Positions 26,601 through 41,000 of a DNA stretch of 64,000 bases are shown piece after piece. The position numbers were made by a program, and so were the translations under genes. This stretch comes from Eledone cirrhosa (taxonomy: Eukaryota). Under the pieces are notes generated by a model. It made no database searches and was not told the origin of the DNA. It saw only the letters and a list, made by a program, of their open reading frames with translations. The first letter of the stretch is position 1, and every line of letters begins with the position of its first letter. Location of the stretch: NCBI GenBank assembly GCA_964016885.1, contig OZ024744.1:23684001-23748000 (forward strand). Direction: 5' to 3'.

Positions 26601-29600
26601 CTGGTTCGTTTTAACAACAGTTGGATCTTAAGATAAAACTCGTTTTAACAACAGTTGAATCTTAAGAACTGACTCGTTTTAACAACAGTTGAATCTTAAG
26701 AAGTGACTCGTTTTATCAACAGTTCAACCTTAAGAACTGACTCGTTTTAACAACAGTTGAATCTTCAAATAAAACTCGTTTTAACAACAGTTGAATCTTA
26801 AGAACTGATTCGTTTTAACAACAGCTGAATCTTAAGATAAACTCGTATTAACAACAGTTGAATCTTAAGATAAACCTCGTTTTAACAACATTTGAATCTT
26901 AAGAACTGACTCGTTTTAACAACAGCTGAATCTTAAGATAAAACTCGTTTTAACAACAGTTGAATCTTAAGAACTGACTCGTTTTATCAACAGTTCAACC
27001 TTAAGAACTGACTCGTTTTAACAACAGTTGAATCTTCAAATAAAACTCGTTTTAACAACAGTTGAATCTTCAAATAAAACTCGTTTTAACAACAGTTGAA
27101 TATTATGATAAACCTCATTTTAACAACAGCTGATTCTTAAGATAAAACTCGTTTTAACAACAGTTGAATCTTAAGAACTGACTCGTTTTAACAACAGCTG
27201 AATCTTAAGATAAAACTCGTTTTAACAACAGTTGAATCTTAAGATAACATTCGTTTTAACAATAGTTGAATGTTAAGAACTGGTTCGTTTTAACAACAGT
27301 TGGATCTTAAGATAAAACTCGTTTTAACAACAGTTGAATCTTAAGAACTGACTCGTTTTAACAACAGTTGAATCTTAAGAACTGACTCGTTTTAACAACA
27401 GTTGAATCTTAAGATAAAACTCGTTTTACAACAGCTGAATCTTAAGATAAAACTCGTTTTAACAACAGTTGAATCTTAAGATAAAACTCGTTTTAACAAC
27501 AGTTGAATCTTAAGAACTGACTCATTTTAACAACAGTTGAATCTTAATAACGGATTCGTTTTAACAACAGATGAATCTTAAGATAAAACTCGTTTTAACA
27601 ACAGTTGAATCTTAAGAACTGACTCGTTTTAACAACAGCTGAATCTTAAGATAAAACTCGTTTTACAACAGTTGAATCTTAAGAACTGATTCGTTTTAAC
27701 AACAGCTGAATATTAAGATAAACTCGTTTTAACAACAGTTGAATCTTAACATAAACCTCGTTTTAACAACATTTGAATCTTAAAAACTGACTCGTTTTAA
27801 CAACAGCTGAATCTTAAGATAAAACTCGTTTTAACAACAGTTGAATCTTCAAATAAAACTCGTTTTAACAACAGTTGAATATTATGATAAAACTCATTTT
27901 AACAACAGTTGATTCTTAAGAACTGACTCGTTTTAACAACAGTTGAATCTTAAGAACTGACTCGTTTTAACAACAGCTGAATCTTAAGATAAAACTCGTT
28001 TTAACAACAGTTGAATCTTAAGATAAAATTCGTTTTAACAATAGTTGAATGTTAAGAACTGGTTCGTTTTAACAACAGTTGGATCTTAAGATAAAACTCG
28101 TTTTAACAACAGTTGAATCTTAAGAACTGACTCGTTTTAACAACAGTTGAATCTTAAGAACTGACTCGTTTTAACAACAGTTGAATCTTAAGATAAAACT
28201 CGTTTTAACAACAGCTGAATCTTAAGATAAAACTCGTTTTAACAACAGTTGAATCTTAAGATAAAACTCGTTTTAACAACAGTTGAATCTTAAGAACTGA
28301 CTCATTTTAACAACAGTTGAATCTTAATAACTGATTCGTTTTAACAACAGATGAATCTTAAGATAAAACTCGTTTTAACAACAGTTGAATCTTAAGAACT
28401 GACTCGTTTTAACAACAGCTGAATCTTAAGATAAAACTCGTTTTACAACAGTTGAATCTTAAGAACTGATTCGTTTTAACAACAGCTGAATATTAAGATA
28501 AACTCGTTTTAACAACAGTTGAATCTTAACATAAACCTCGTTTTAACAACATTTGAATCTTAAAAACTGACTCGTTTTAACAACAGCTGAATCTTAAGAT
28601 AAAACTCGTTTTAACAACAGTTGAATCTTCAAATAAAACTCGTTTTAACAACAGTTGAATATTATGATAAAACTCATTTTAACAACAGTTGATTCTTAAG
28701 AACTGACTCGTTTTAACAACAGTTGAATCTTAAGAACTGACTCGTTTTATCAACAGTTCAACCTTAAGAACTGACTCGTTTTAACAACAGTTGAATCTTC
28801 AAATAAAACTCGTTTTAACAACAGTTGAATCTTAAGAACTCACTCGTTTTAACAACAGTTGAATCTTAAGATAAAACTCGTTTTAACAACAGTTGAATCT
28901 TAAGATAAAACTCGTTTTAACAACAGTGGAATCTTAAGAACTGACTCGTTTTAATAACAGTTGAATCTTAAGATAAAACTCGTTTTAACAACAGTTGAAT
29001 CTTAAGAACTGACTCGTTTTAACAACAGCTGAATCTTAAGATAAAACTCGTTTTACAACAGTTGAATCTTAAGAACTGATTCGTTTTAACAACAGCTGAA
29101 TATTAAGATAAACTCGTTTTAACAACAGTTGAATCTTAACATAAACCTCGTTTTAACAACATTTGAATCTTAAAAATTTACTCGTTTTAACAACAGCTGG
29201 ATCTTAAGATAAAACTCGTTTTAACAACAGTTGAATCTTCAAATAAAACTCGTTTTAACAACAGTTGAATCTTAAGAACTGACTCGTTTTAACAACAGTT
29301 GAATCTTAAGAACTGACTCGTTTTATCAACAGTTCAACCTTAAGAACTGACTCGTTTTAACAACAGTTGAATCTTCAAATAAAACTCGTTTTAACAACAG
29401 TTGAATCTTAAGAACTCACTCGTTTTAACAACAGTTGAATCTTAAGATAAAACTCGTTTTAACAACAGTTGAAACTTAAGATAAAACTCGTTTTAACAAC
29501 AGTGGAATCTTAAGAACTGACTCGTTTTAATAACAGTTGAATCTTAAGATAGAACTCGTTTTAACAACAGTTGAATCTTAAGAACTGACTCGTTTTAACA

Positions 29601-29860
29601 ACAGCTGAATCTTAAGATAAAACTCGCTTTAACAAAAGCTGAATCTTAAGATAAACTCGTTTTAACAACAGTTGAATCTTAAGATAAACCTCGTTTTAAC
29701 AACATTTGAATCTTAAGAACTGACTCGTTTTAACAACAGCTGAATCTTAAGATAAAACTCGTTTTAACAACAGTTGAATCTTAAGAACTGACTCGTTTTA
29801 TCAACAGTTCAACCTTAAGAACTGACTCGTTTTAACAACAGTTGAATCTTCAAATAAAAC
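20636..29860. repeat. Tandem duplication of ~4.8-4.9 kb (~20636-25040 vs ~25554-29860)
   Basis: Shared rare variants are GTTGAAACTT (21091/26009 and 24652/29468), AAGTGAC (21851/26701), GATAACATTCG (C at 22398/27248) and TAATAACGGATT (22661/27545). The offsets 4918, 4850, 4884 and 4816 differ by whole monomers. Confidence 0.8.
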
Positions 29861-32800
29861 TCGTTTTAACAACAGTTGAATCTGCAAATAAAACTCGTTT
29901 TAACAACATTTGAATCTTCAAATAAAACTCGTTTTAACAACAGTTGAATATTATGATAAAACTCATTTTAACAACAGTTGATTCTTAAGATAAAACTCGT
30001 TTTAACGACAGTTGAATCTTAAGAACTGACTCGTTTTAACAACAGCTGAATCTTAAGATAAAACTCGTTTTAACGACAGTTGAATCTTAAGATAAAATTC
30101 GTTTTAACAATAGTTGAATGTTAAGAACTGGTTCGTTTTAACAACAGTTGGATCTTAAGATAAAACTCGTTTTAACAACAGTTGAATCTTAAGAACTGAC
30201 TCGTTTTAACAACAGTTGAATCTTAAGAAGTGACTCGTTTTATCAACAGTTCAACCTTAAGAACTGACTCGTTTTAACAACAGTTGAATCTTCAAATAAA
30301 ACTCGTTTTAACAACAGTTGAATCTTAAGAACTGATTCGTTTTAACAACAGCTGAATCTTAAGATAAACTCGTATTAACAACAGTTGAATCTTAAGATAA
30401 ACCTCGTTTTAACAACATTTGAATCTTAAGAACTGACTCGTTTTAACAACAGCTGAATCTTAAGATAAAACTCGTTTTAACAACAGTTGAATCTTAAGAA
30501 CTGACTCGTTTTATCAACAGTTCAACCTTAAGAACTGACTCGTTTTAACAACAGTTGAATCTTCAAATAAAACTCGTTTTAACAACAGTTGAATCTTCAA
30601 ATAAAACTCGTTTTAACAACAGTTGAATATTATGATAAACCTCATTTTAACAACAGCTGATTCTTAAGATAAAACTCGTTTTAACAACAGTTGAATCTTA
30701 AGAACTGACTCGTTTTAACAACAGCTGAATCTTAAGATAAAACTCGTTTTAACAACAGTTGAATCTTAAGATAAAATTCGTTTTAACAATAGTTGAATGT
30801 TAAGAACTGGTTCGTTTTAACAACAGTTGGATCTTAAGATAAAACTCGTTTTAACAACAGTTGAATCTTAAGAACTGACTCGTTTTAACAACAGTTGAAT
30901 CTTAAGAACTGACTCGTTTTAACAACAGTTGAATCTTAAGATAAAACTCGTTTTAACAACAGCTGAATCTTAAGATAAAACTCGTTTTAACAACAGTTGA
31001 ATCTTAAGATAAAACTCGTTTTAACAACAGTTGAATCTTAAGAACTGACTCATTTTAACAACAGTTGAATCTTAATAACTGATTCGTTTTAACAACAGAT
31101 GAATCTTAAGATAAAACTCGTTTTAACAACAGTTGAATCTTAAGAACTGACTCGTTTTAACAACAGCTGAATCTTAAGATAAAACTCGTTTTACAACAGT
31201 TGAATCTTAAGAACTGATTCGTTTTAACAACAGCTGAATATTAAGATAAACTCGTTTTAACAACAGTTGAATCTTAACATAAACCTCGTTTTAACAACAT
31301 TTGAATCTTAAAAACTGACTCGTTTTAACAACAGCTGAATCTTAAGATAAAACTCGTTTTAACAACAGTTGAATCTTCAAATAAAACTCGTTTTAACAAC
31401 AGTTGAATATTATGATAAAACTCATTTTAACAACAGTTGATTCTTAAGAACTGACTCGTTTTAACAACAGTTGAATCTTAAGAACTGACTCGTTTTATCA
31501 ACAGTTCAACATTAAGAACTGACTCGTTTTAACAACAGTTGAATCTTCAAATAAAACTCGTTTTAACAACAGTTGAATCTTAAGAACTCACTCGTTTTAA
31601 CAACAGTTGAATCTTAAGATAAAACTCGTTTTAACAACAGTTGAATCTTAAGATAAAACTCGTTTTAACAACAGTGGAATCTTAAGAACTGACTCGTTTT
31701 AATAACAGTTGAATCTTAAGATAAAACTCGTTTTAACAACAGTTGAATCTTAAGAACTGACTCGTTTTAACAACAGCTGAATCTTAAGATAAAACTCGTT
31801 TTACAACAGTTGAATCTTAAGAACTGATTCGTTTTAACAACAGCTGAATATTAAGATAAACTCGTTTTAACAACAGTTGAATCTTAACATAAACCTCGTT
31901 TTAACAACATTTGAATCTTAAAAATTTACTCGTTTTAACAACAGCTGGATCTTAAGATAAAACTCGTTTTAACAACAGTTGAATCTTCAAATAAAACTCG
32001 TTTTAACAACAGTTGAATATTATGATAAAACTCATTTTAACAACAGTTGATTCTTAAGATAAAACTCGTTTTAACAACAGTTGAATCTTAAGAACTGACT
32101 CGTTTTAACAACAGTTGAATCTTAAGAACTGACTCGTTTTATCAACAGTTCAACCTTAAGAACTGACTCGTTTTAACAACAGTTGAATCTTCAAATAAAA
32201 CTCGTTTTAACAACAGTTGAATCTTAAGAACTCACTCGTTTTAACAACAGTTGAATCTTAAGATAAAACTCGTTTTAACAACAGTTGAAACTTAAGATAA
32301 AACTCGTTTTAACAACAGTGGAATCTTAAGAACTGACTCGTTTTAATAACAGTTGAATCTTAAGATAGAACTCGTTTTAACAACAGTTGAATCTTAAGAA
32401 CTGACTCGTTTTAACAACAGCTGAATCTTAAGATAAAACTCGTTTTAACAAAAGCTGAATCTTAAGATAAACTCGTTTTAACAACAGTTGAATCTTAAGA
32501 TAAACCTCGTTTTAACAACATTTGAATCTTAAGAACTGACTCGTTTTAACAACAGCTGAATCTTAAGATAAAACTCGTTTTAACAACAGTTGAATCTTAA
32601 GAACTGACTCGTTTTATCAACAGTTCAACCTTAAGAACTGACTCGTTTTAACAACAGTTGAATCTTCAAATAAAACTCGTTTTAACAACAGTTGAATCTG
32701 CAAATAAAACTCGTTTTAACAACAGTTGAATCTTCAAATAAAACTCGTTTTAACAACAGTTGAATATTATGATAAAACTCATTTAACAACAGTTGATTCT

Positions 32801-35085
32801 TAAGATAAAACTCGTTTTAACAACAGTTGAATCTTAAGAACTGACTCGTTTTAACAACAGCTGAATCTTAAGATAAAACTCGTTTTAACAACAGTTGAAT
32901 CTTAAGATAAAATTCGTTTTAACAATAGTTGAATGTTAAGAACTGGTTCGTTTTAACAACAGTTGGATCTTAAGATAAAACTCGTTTTAACAACAGTTGA
33001 ATCTTAAGAACTGACTCGTTTTAACAACAGTTGAATCTTAAGAACTGACTCGTTTTATCAACAGTTCAACCTTAAGAACTGAGTCGTTTTAACAACAGTT
33101 GAATCTTCAAATAAAACTCGTTTTAACAACAGTTGAATCTTAAGAACTGATTCGTTTTAACAACAGCTGAATCTTAAGATAAACTCGTATTAACAACAGT
33201 TGAATCTTAAGATAAACTTCGTTTTAACAACATTTGAATCTTAAGAACTGACTCGTTTTAACAACAGCTGAATCTTAAGATAAAACTCGTTTTAACAACA
33301 GTTGATTCTTAAGAACTGACTCGTTTTATCAACAGTTCAACCTTAAGAACTGACTCGTTTTAACAACAGTTGAATCTTCAAATAAAACTCGTTTTAACAA
33401 CAGTTGAATCTTCAAATAAAACTCGTTTTAACAACAGTTGAATATTATGATGAAACTCATTTTAACAACAGCTGATTCTTAAGATAAAACTCGTTTTAAC
33501 AACAGTTGAATCTTAAGAACTGACTCGTTTTAACAACAGCTGAATCTTAAGATAAAACTCGTTTTAACAACAGTTGGATCTTAAGATAAAACTGGTTTTA
33601 ACAACAGTTGAATCTTAAGAACTGACTCGTTTTAACAACAGTTGAATCTTAAGAACTGACTCGTTTTAACAACAGTTGAATCTGAAGATAAAACTCGTTT
33701 TAACAACAGCTGAATCTTAAGATATAACTCGTTTTAACAACAGTTGAATCTTAAAAACTGACTCATTTTAACAACAGTTGAATCTTAAGAACTGATTCGT
33801 TTTAACAACAGATGAATCTTAAGATAAAACTCGTTTTAACAACAGTTGAATCTTAAGAACTGACTCGTTTTAACAACAGCTGAATCTTAAGATAAAACTC
33901 GTTTTACAACAGTTGAATCTTAAGAACTGATTCGTTTTAACAACAGCTGAATCTTAAGATAAACTCGTTTTAACAACAGTTGAATCTTAACATAAACCTC
34001 GTTTTAACAACATTTGAATCTTAAAAACTGACTCGTTTTAACAACAGCTGAATCTTAAGATAAAACTCGTTTTAACAACAGTTGAATCTTAAGAACTGAC
34101 TCGTTTTATCAACAGTTCAACCTTAAGAACTGACTCGTTTTAACAACAGTTGAATCTTCAAATAAAACTCGTTTTAACAACAGTTGAATATTATGATAAA
34201 ACTCATTTTAACAACAGTTGATTCTTAAGATAAAACTCGTTTTAACAACAGTTGAATCTTAAGAACTGACTCATTTTAACAACAGTTGAATCTTAAGAAC
34301 TGATTCGTTTTAACAACAGTTGAATCTTCAAATAAAACTCGTTTTAACAACAGTTGAATATTATGATAAAACTCATTTTAACAACAGTTGATTCTTAAGA
34401 TAAAACTCGTTTTAACGACAGTTGAATCGTAAGAACTGACTCGTTTTAACAACAGCTGAATCTTAAGATAAAACTCGTTTTAACAACAGTTGAATCTTAA
34501 GATAAAATTCGTTTTAACAATAGTTGAATGTTAAGAACTGGTTCGTTTTAACAACAGTTGGATCTTAAGATAAAACTCGTTTTAACAACAGTTGAATCTT
34601 AAGAACTGACTCGTTTTAACAACAGTTGAATCTTAAGAACTGACTCGTTTTATCAACAGTTCAACCTTAAGAACTGACTCGTTTTAACAACAGTTGAATC
34701 TTCAAATAAAACTCGTTTTAACAACAGTTGAATCTTAAGAACTGATTCGTTTTAACAACAGCTGAATCTTAAGATAAACTCGTATTAACAACAGTTGAAT
34801 CTTAAGATAAACCTCGTTTTAACAACATTTGAATCTTAAGAACTGACTCGTTTTAACAACAGCTGAATCTTAAGATAAAACTCGTTTTAACAACAGTTGA
34901 ATCTTAAGAACTGACTCGTTTTATCAACAGTTCAACCTTAAGAACTGACTCGTTTTAACAACAGTTGAATCTTCAAATAAAACTCGTTTTAACAACAGTT
35001 GAATCTTCAAATAAAACTCGTTTTAACAACAGTTGAATATTATGATAAACCTCATTTTAACAACAGCTGATTCTTAAGATAAAAC

Positions 35086-38000
35086 TCGTTTTAACAACAG
35101 TTGAATCTTAAGAACTGACTCGTTTTAACAACAGCTGAATCTTAAGATAAAACTCGTTTTAACAACAGTTGAATCTTAAGATAAAATTCGTTTTAACAAT
35201 AGTTGAATGTTAAGAACTGGTTCGTTTTAACAACAGTTGGATCTTAAGATAAAACTCGTTTTAACAACAGTTGAATCTTAAGAACTGACTCGTTTTAACA
35301 ACAGTTGAATCTTAAGAACTGACTCGTTTTAACAACAGTTGAATCTTAAGATAAAACTCGTTTTAACAACAGCTGAATCTTAAGATAAAACTCGTTCTAA
35401 CAACAGTTGAATCTTAAAATAAAACTCGTTTTAACAACAGTTGAATCTTAAGAACTGACTCATTTTAACAACAGTTGAATCTTAATAACTGATTCGTTTT
35501 AACAACAGATGAATCTTAAGATAAAACTCGTTTTAACAACAGTTGAATCTTAAGAACTGATTCGTTTTAACAACAGCTGAATATTAAGATAAACTCGTTT
35601 TAACAACAGTTGAATCTTAACATAAACCTCGTTTTAACAACATTTGAATCTTAAAAACTGACTCGTTTTAACAACAGCTGAATCTTAAGATAAAACTCGT
35701 TTTAACAACAGTTGAATCTTCAAATAAAACTCGTTTTAACAACAGTTGAATATTATGATTAAACTCATTTTAACAACAGTTGATTCTTAAGATAAAACTC
35801 GTTTTAACAACAGTTGAATCTTAAGAACTGACTCGTTTTAACAACAGTTGAATCTTAAGAACTGACTCGTTTTATCAACAGTTCAAACTTAAGAAATGAC
35901 TCGTTTTAACAACAGTTGAATCTTCAAATAAAACTCGTTTTAACAACAGTTGAATCTTAAGAACTCACTCGTTTTAACAACAGTTGAATCTTAAGATAAA
36001 ACTCGTTTTAACAACAGTTGAATCTTAAGATAAAACTCGTTTTAACAACAGTGGAATCTTAAGAACTGACTCGTTTTAATAACAGTTGAATCTTAAGATA
36101 AAACTCGTTTTAACAACAGTTGAATCTTAAGAACTGACTCGTTTTAACAACAGCTGAATCTTAAGATAAAACTCGTTTTACAACAGTTGAATCTTAAGAA
36201 CTGATTCGTTTTAACAACAGCTGAATATTAAGATAAACTCGTTTTAACAACAGTTGAATCTTAACATAAACCTCGTTTTAACAACATTTGAATCTTAAAA
36301 AGTTACTCGTTTTAACAACAGCTGGATCTTAAGATAAAACTCGTTTTAACAACAGTTGAATCTTCAAATAAAACTCGTTTTAACAACAGTTGAATATTAT
36401 GATAAAACTCATTTTAACAACAGTTGATTCTTAAGATAAAACTCGTTTTAACAACAGTTGAATCTTAAGAACTGACTCGTTTTAACAACAGTTGAATCTT
36501 AAGAACTGACTCGTTTTATCAACAGTTCAACCTTAAGAACTGACTCGTTTTAACAACAGTTGAATCTTCAAATAAAACTCGTTTTAACAACAGTTGAATC
36601 TTAAGAACTCACTCGTTTTAACAACAGTTGAATCTTAAGATAAAACTCGTTTTAACAACAGTTGAATCTTAAGATAAAACTCGTTTTAACAACAGTGGAA
36701 TCTTAAGAACTGACTCGTTTTAATAACAGTTGAATCTTAAGATAGAACTCGTGTTAACAACAGTTGAATCTTAAGAACTGACTCGTTTTAACAACAGCTG
36801 AATCTTAAGATAAAACTCGTTTTAACAAAAGCTGAATCTTAAGATAAACTCGTTTTAACAACAGTTGAATCTTAAGATAAACCTCGTTTTAACAACATTT
36901 GAATCTTAAGAACTGACTCGTTTTAACAACAGCTGAATCTTAAGATAAAACTCGTTTTAACAACAGTTGAATCTTAAGAACTGACTCGTTTTATCAACAG
37001 TTCAACCTTAAGAACTGACTCGTTTTAACAACAGTTGAATCTTCAAATAAAACTCGTTTTAACAACAGTTGAATCTGCAAATAAAACTCGTTTTAACAAC
37101 AGTTGAATCTTCAAATAAAACTCGTTTTAACAACAGTTGAATCTTAAGAACTGACTCGTTTTAACAACAGCTGAATCTTAAGATAAAACTCGTTTTAACA
37201 ACAGTTGAATCTTAAGATAAAATTCGTTTTAACAATAGTTGAATGTTAAGAACTGGTTCGTTTTAACAACAGTTGGATCTTAAGATAAAACTCGTTTTAA
37301 CAACAGTTGAATCTTAAGAACTGACTCGTTTTAACAACAGTTGAATCTTAAGAACTGACTCGTTTTATCAACAGTTCAACCTTAAGAACTGAGTCGTTTT
37401 AACAACAGTTGAATCTTCAAATAAAACTCGTTTTAACAACAGTTGAATCTTAAGAACTGATTCGTTTTAACAACAGCTGAATCTTAAGATAAACTCGTAT
37501 TAACAACAGTTGAATCTTAAGATAAACCTCGTTTTAACAACATTTGAATCTTAAGAACTGACTCGTTTTAACAACAGCTGAATCTTAAGATAAAACTCGT
37601 TTTAACAACAGTTGATTCTTAAGAACTGACTCGTTTTATCAACAGTTCAACCTTAAGAACTGACTCGTTTTAACAACAGTTGAATCTTCAAATAAAACTC
37701 GTTTTAACAACAGTTGAATCTTCAAATAAAACTCGTTTTAACAACAGTTGAATATTATGATGAAACTCATTTTAACAACAGCTGATTCTTAAGATAAAAC
37801 TCGTTTTAACAACAGTTGAATCTTAAGAACTGACTCGTTTTAACAACAGCTGAATCTTAAGATAAAACTCGTTTTAACAACAGTTGGATCTTAAGATAAA
37901 ACTGGTTTTAACAACAGTTGAATCTTAAGAACTGACTCGTTTTAACAACAGTTGAATCTTAAGAACTGACTCGTTTTAACAACAGTTGAATCTTAAGATA

Positions 38001-41000
38001 AAACTCGTTTTAACAACAGCTGAATCTTAAGATAAAACTCGTTTTAACAACAGTTGAATCTTAAAAACTGACTCATTTTAACAACAGTTGAATCTTAAGA
38101 ACTGATTCGTTTTAACAACAGATGAATCTTAAGATAAAACTCGTTTTAACAACAGTTGAATCTTAAGAACTGACTCGTTTTAACAACAGCTGAATCTTAA
38201 GATAAAACTCGTTTTACAACAGTTGAATCTTAAGAACTGATTCGTTTTAACAACAGCTGAATCTTAAGATAAACTCGTTTTAACAACAGTTGAATCTTAA
38301 CATAAACCTCGTTTTAACAACATTTGAATCTTAAAAACTGACTCGTTTTAACAACAGCTGAATCTTAAGATAAAACTCGTTTTAACAACAGTTGAATCTT
38401 AAGAACTGACTCGTTTTATCAACAGTTCAACCTTAAGAACTGACTCGTTTTAACAACAGTTGAATCTTCAAATAAAACTCGTTTTAACAACAGTTGAATA
38501 TTATGATAAAACTCATTTTAACAACAGTTGATTCTTAAGATAAAACTCGTTTTAACAACAGTTGAATCTTAAGAACTGACTCGTTTTAACAACAGTTGAA
38601 TCTTAAGAACTAACTCGTTTTATCAACAGTTCAACCTTAAGAACTGACTCGTTTTAACAACAGTTGAATCTTCAAATAAAACTCGTTTTAACAACAGTTG
38701 AATCTTAAGAACTGACTCGTTTTAACAACAGCTGAATCTTAAGATAAAACTCGTTTTAACGACAGTTGAATCTTACGAACTGACTCGTTTTATCAACAGT
38801 TCAACCTTAAGAATTGACTCATTTTAACAACAGTTGAATCTTCAAATAAAACTCGTATTAACAACAGTTGAATCTTAAGAACTGATTCGTTTTAACAACA
38901 GCTGAATCTTAAGATAAACTCGTTTTAACAACAGTTGAATCTTAAGATAAACCTCGTTTTAACAACATTTGAATCTTAAGAACTGACTCGTTTTAACAAC
39001 AGCTGCATCTTAAGATAAAACTCGTTTTAACAACAGTTGAATCCTAAGAACTGACTCGTTTTATCAACAGTTCAACCTGAAGAACTGACTCGTTTTAACA
39101 ACAGTTGAATCTTCAAATAAAACTCGTTTTAACAACAGTTGAATCTTAAGAACTGACTCGTTTTAACAACAGTTGAATCTTAAGATAAAACTCGTTTTAA
39201 CAACAGCTGAATCTTAAGATAAAACTCGTTTTAACAACAGTTGAATCTTAAGATAAAACTCGTTTTAACAACAGTTGAATCTTAAGAACTGACTCATTTT
39301 AACAACAGTTGAATCTTAAGAACTGATTCGTTTTAACAACAGTTGAATCTTAAGATAAAACTCGTTTTAACAACAGTTGAATCTTAAGAACTGACTCGTT
39401 TTAACAACAGCTGAATCTTAAGATAAAACTCGTTTTACAACAGTTGAATCTTAAGAACTGACTCGTTTTATAAACAGTTCAACCTTAAGAACTGACTCGT
39501 TTTAACAACAGTTGAATCTTCAAATAAAACTCGTTTTAACAACAGTTGAATCTTCAAATAAAACTCGTTTTAACAACAGTTGAATCTTAAGAACTGATTC
39601 GTTTTAACAACAGCTGAATCGTAAGATAAACTCGTTTTAACAACAGTTGAATCTTAAGATAAACCTCGTTTTAACAACATTTGAATCTTAAGAACTGACT
39701 CGTTTTAACAACAGGCGAATCTTAAGATAAAACTCGTTTTAACAACAGTTGAATCTTAAGAACTTACTCGTCTTATCAACAGTTCAACCTTAAGAACTGA
39801 CTCGTTTTAACAACAGTTGAATCTTCAAATAAAACTCGTTTTAACAACAGTTGAATCTTCAAATAAAACTCGTTTTAACAACAGTTGAATATTATGATAA
39901 AACTCATTTTAACAACAGTTGATTCTTAAGATAAAACTCGTTTTAACAACAGTTGAATCTTAAGAACTGACTCGTTTTAACAACAGCTGAATCTTAAGAT
40001 AAAATTCGTTTTAACAATAGTTGAATGTTAAGAACTGGTTCGTTTTAACAACAGTTGGATCTTAAGATAAAACTCGTTTTAACAACAGTTGAATCTTAAG
40101 AACTGACTCGTTTTAACAACAGTTGAATCTTAAGAACTGACTCGTTTTATCAACAGTTCAACCTTAAGAACTGACTCGTTTTAACAACAGTTGAATCTTC
40201 AAATAAAACTCGTTTTAACAACAGTTGAATCTTAAGAACTGATTCGTTTTAACAACAGCTGAATCTTAAGATAAACTCGTATTAACAACAGTTGAATCGT
40301 AAGATAAACCTCGTTTTAACAACATTTGAATCTTAAGAACTAACTCGTTTTAACAACAGCTGAATCTTAAGATAAAACTCGTTTTAACAACAGTTGAATC
40401 TTAAGAACTGACTCGTTTTATCAACAGTTCAACCTTAAGAACTGACTCGTTTTAACAACAGTTGAATCTTCAAATAAAACTCGTTTTAACAACAGTTGAA
40501 TCTTAAGATAAAACTCGTTTTAACAACAGTTGAATCTTAAGAACTGACTCGTTTTAACAACAGTTGAATCTTAAGAACTAACTCGTTTTATCAACAGTTC
40601 AACCTTAAGAACTGACTCGTTTTAACAACAGTTGAATCTTCAAATAAAACTCGTTTTAACAACAGTTGATTCTTCAGAACTGACTCGTTTTAACAACAGT
40701 TGAATCTTAAGATAAAACTCGTTTTAACAACAGTTGAATCTTAAGAACTGACTCGTTTTAACAACAGCTGAATCTTAAGATAAAACTCGTTTTACAACAG
40801 TTGAATCTTAAGAACTGATTCGTTTTAACAACAGCTGAATATTAAGATAAACTCGTTTTAACAACAGTTGAATCTTAACATAAACCTCGTTTTAACAACA
40901 TTTGAATCTTAAAAAGTTACTCGTTTTAACAACAGCTGGATCTTAAGATAAAACTCGTTTTAACAACAGTTGAATCTTCAAATAAAACTCGTTTTAACAA

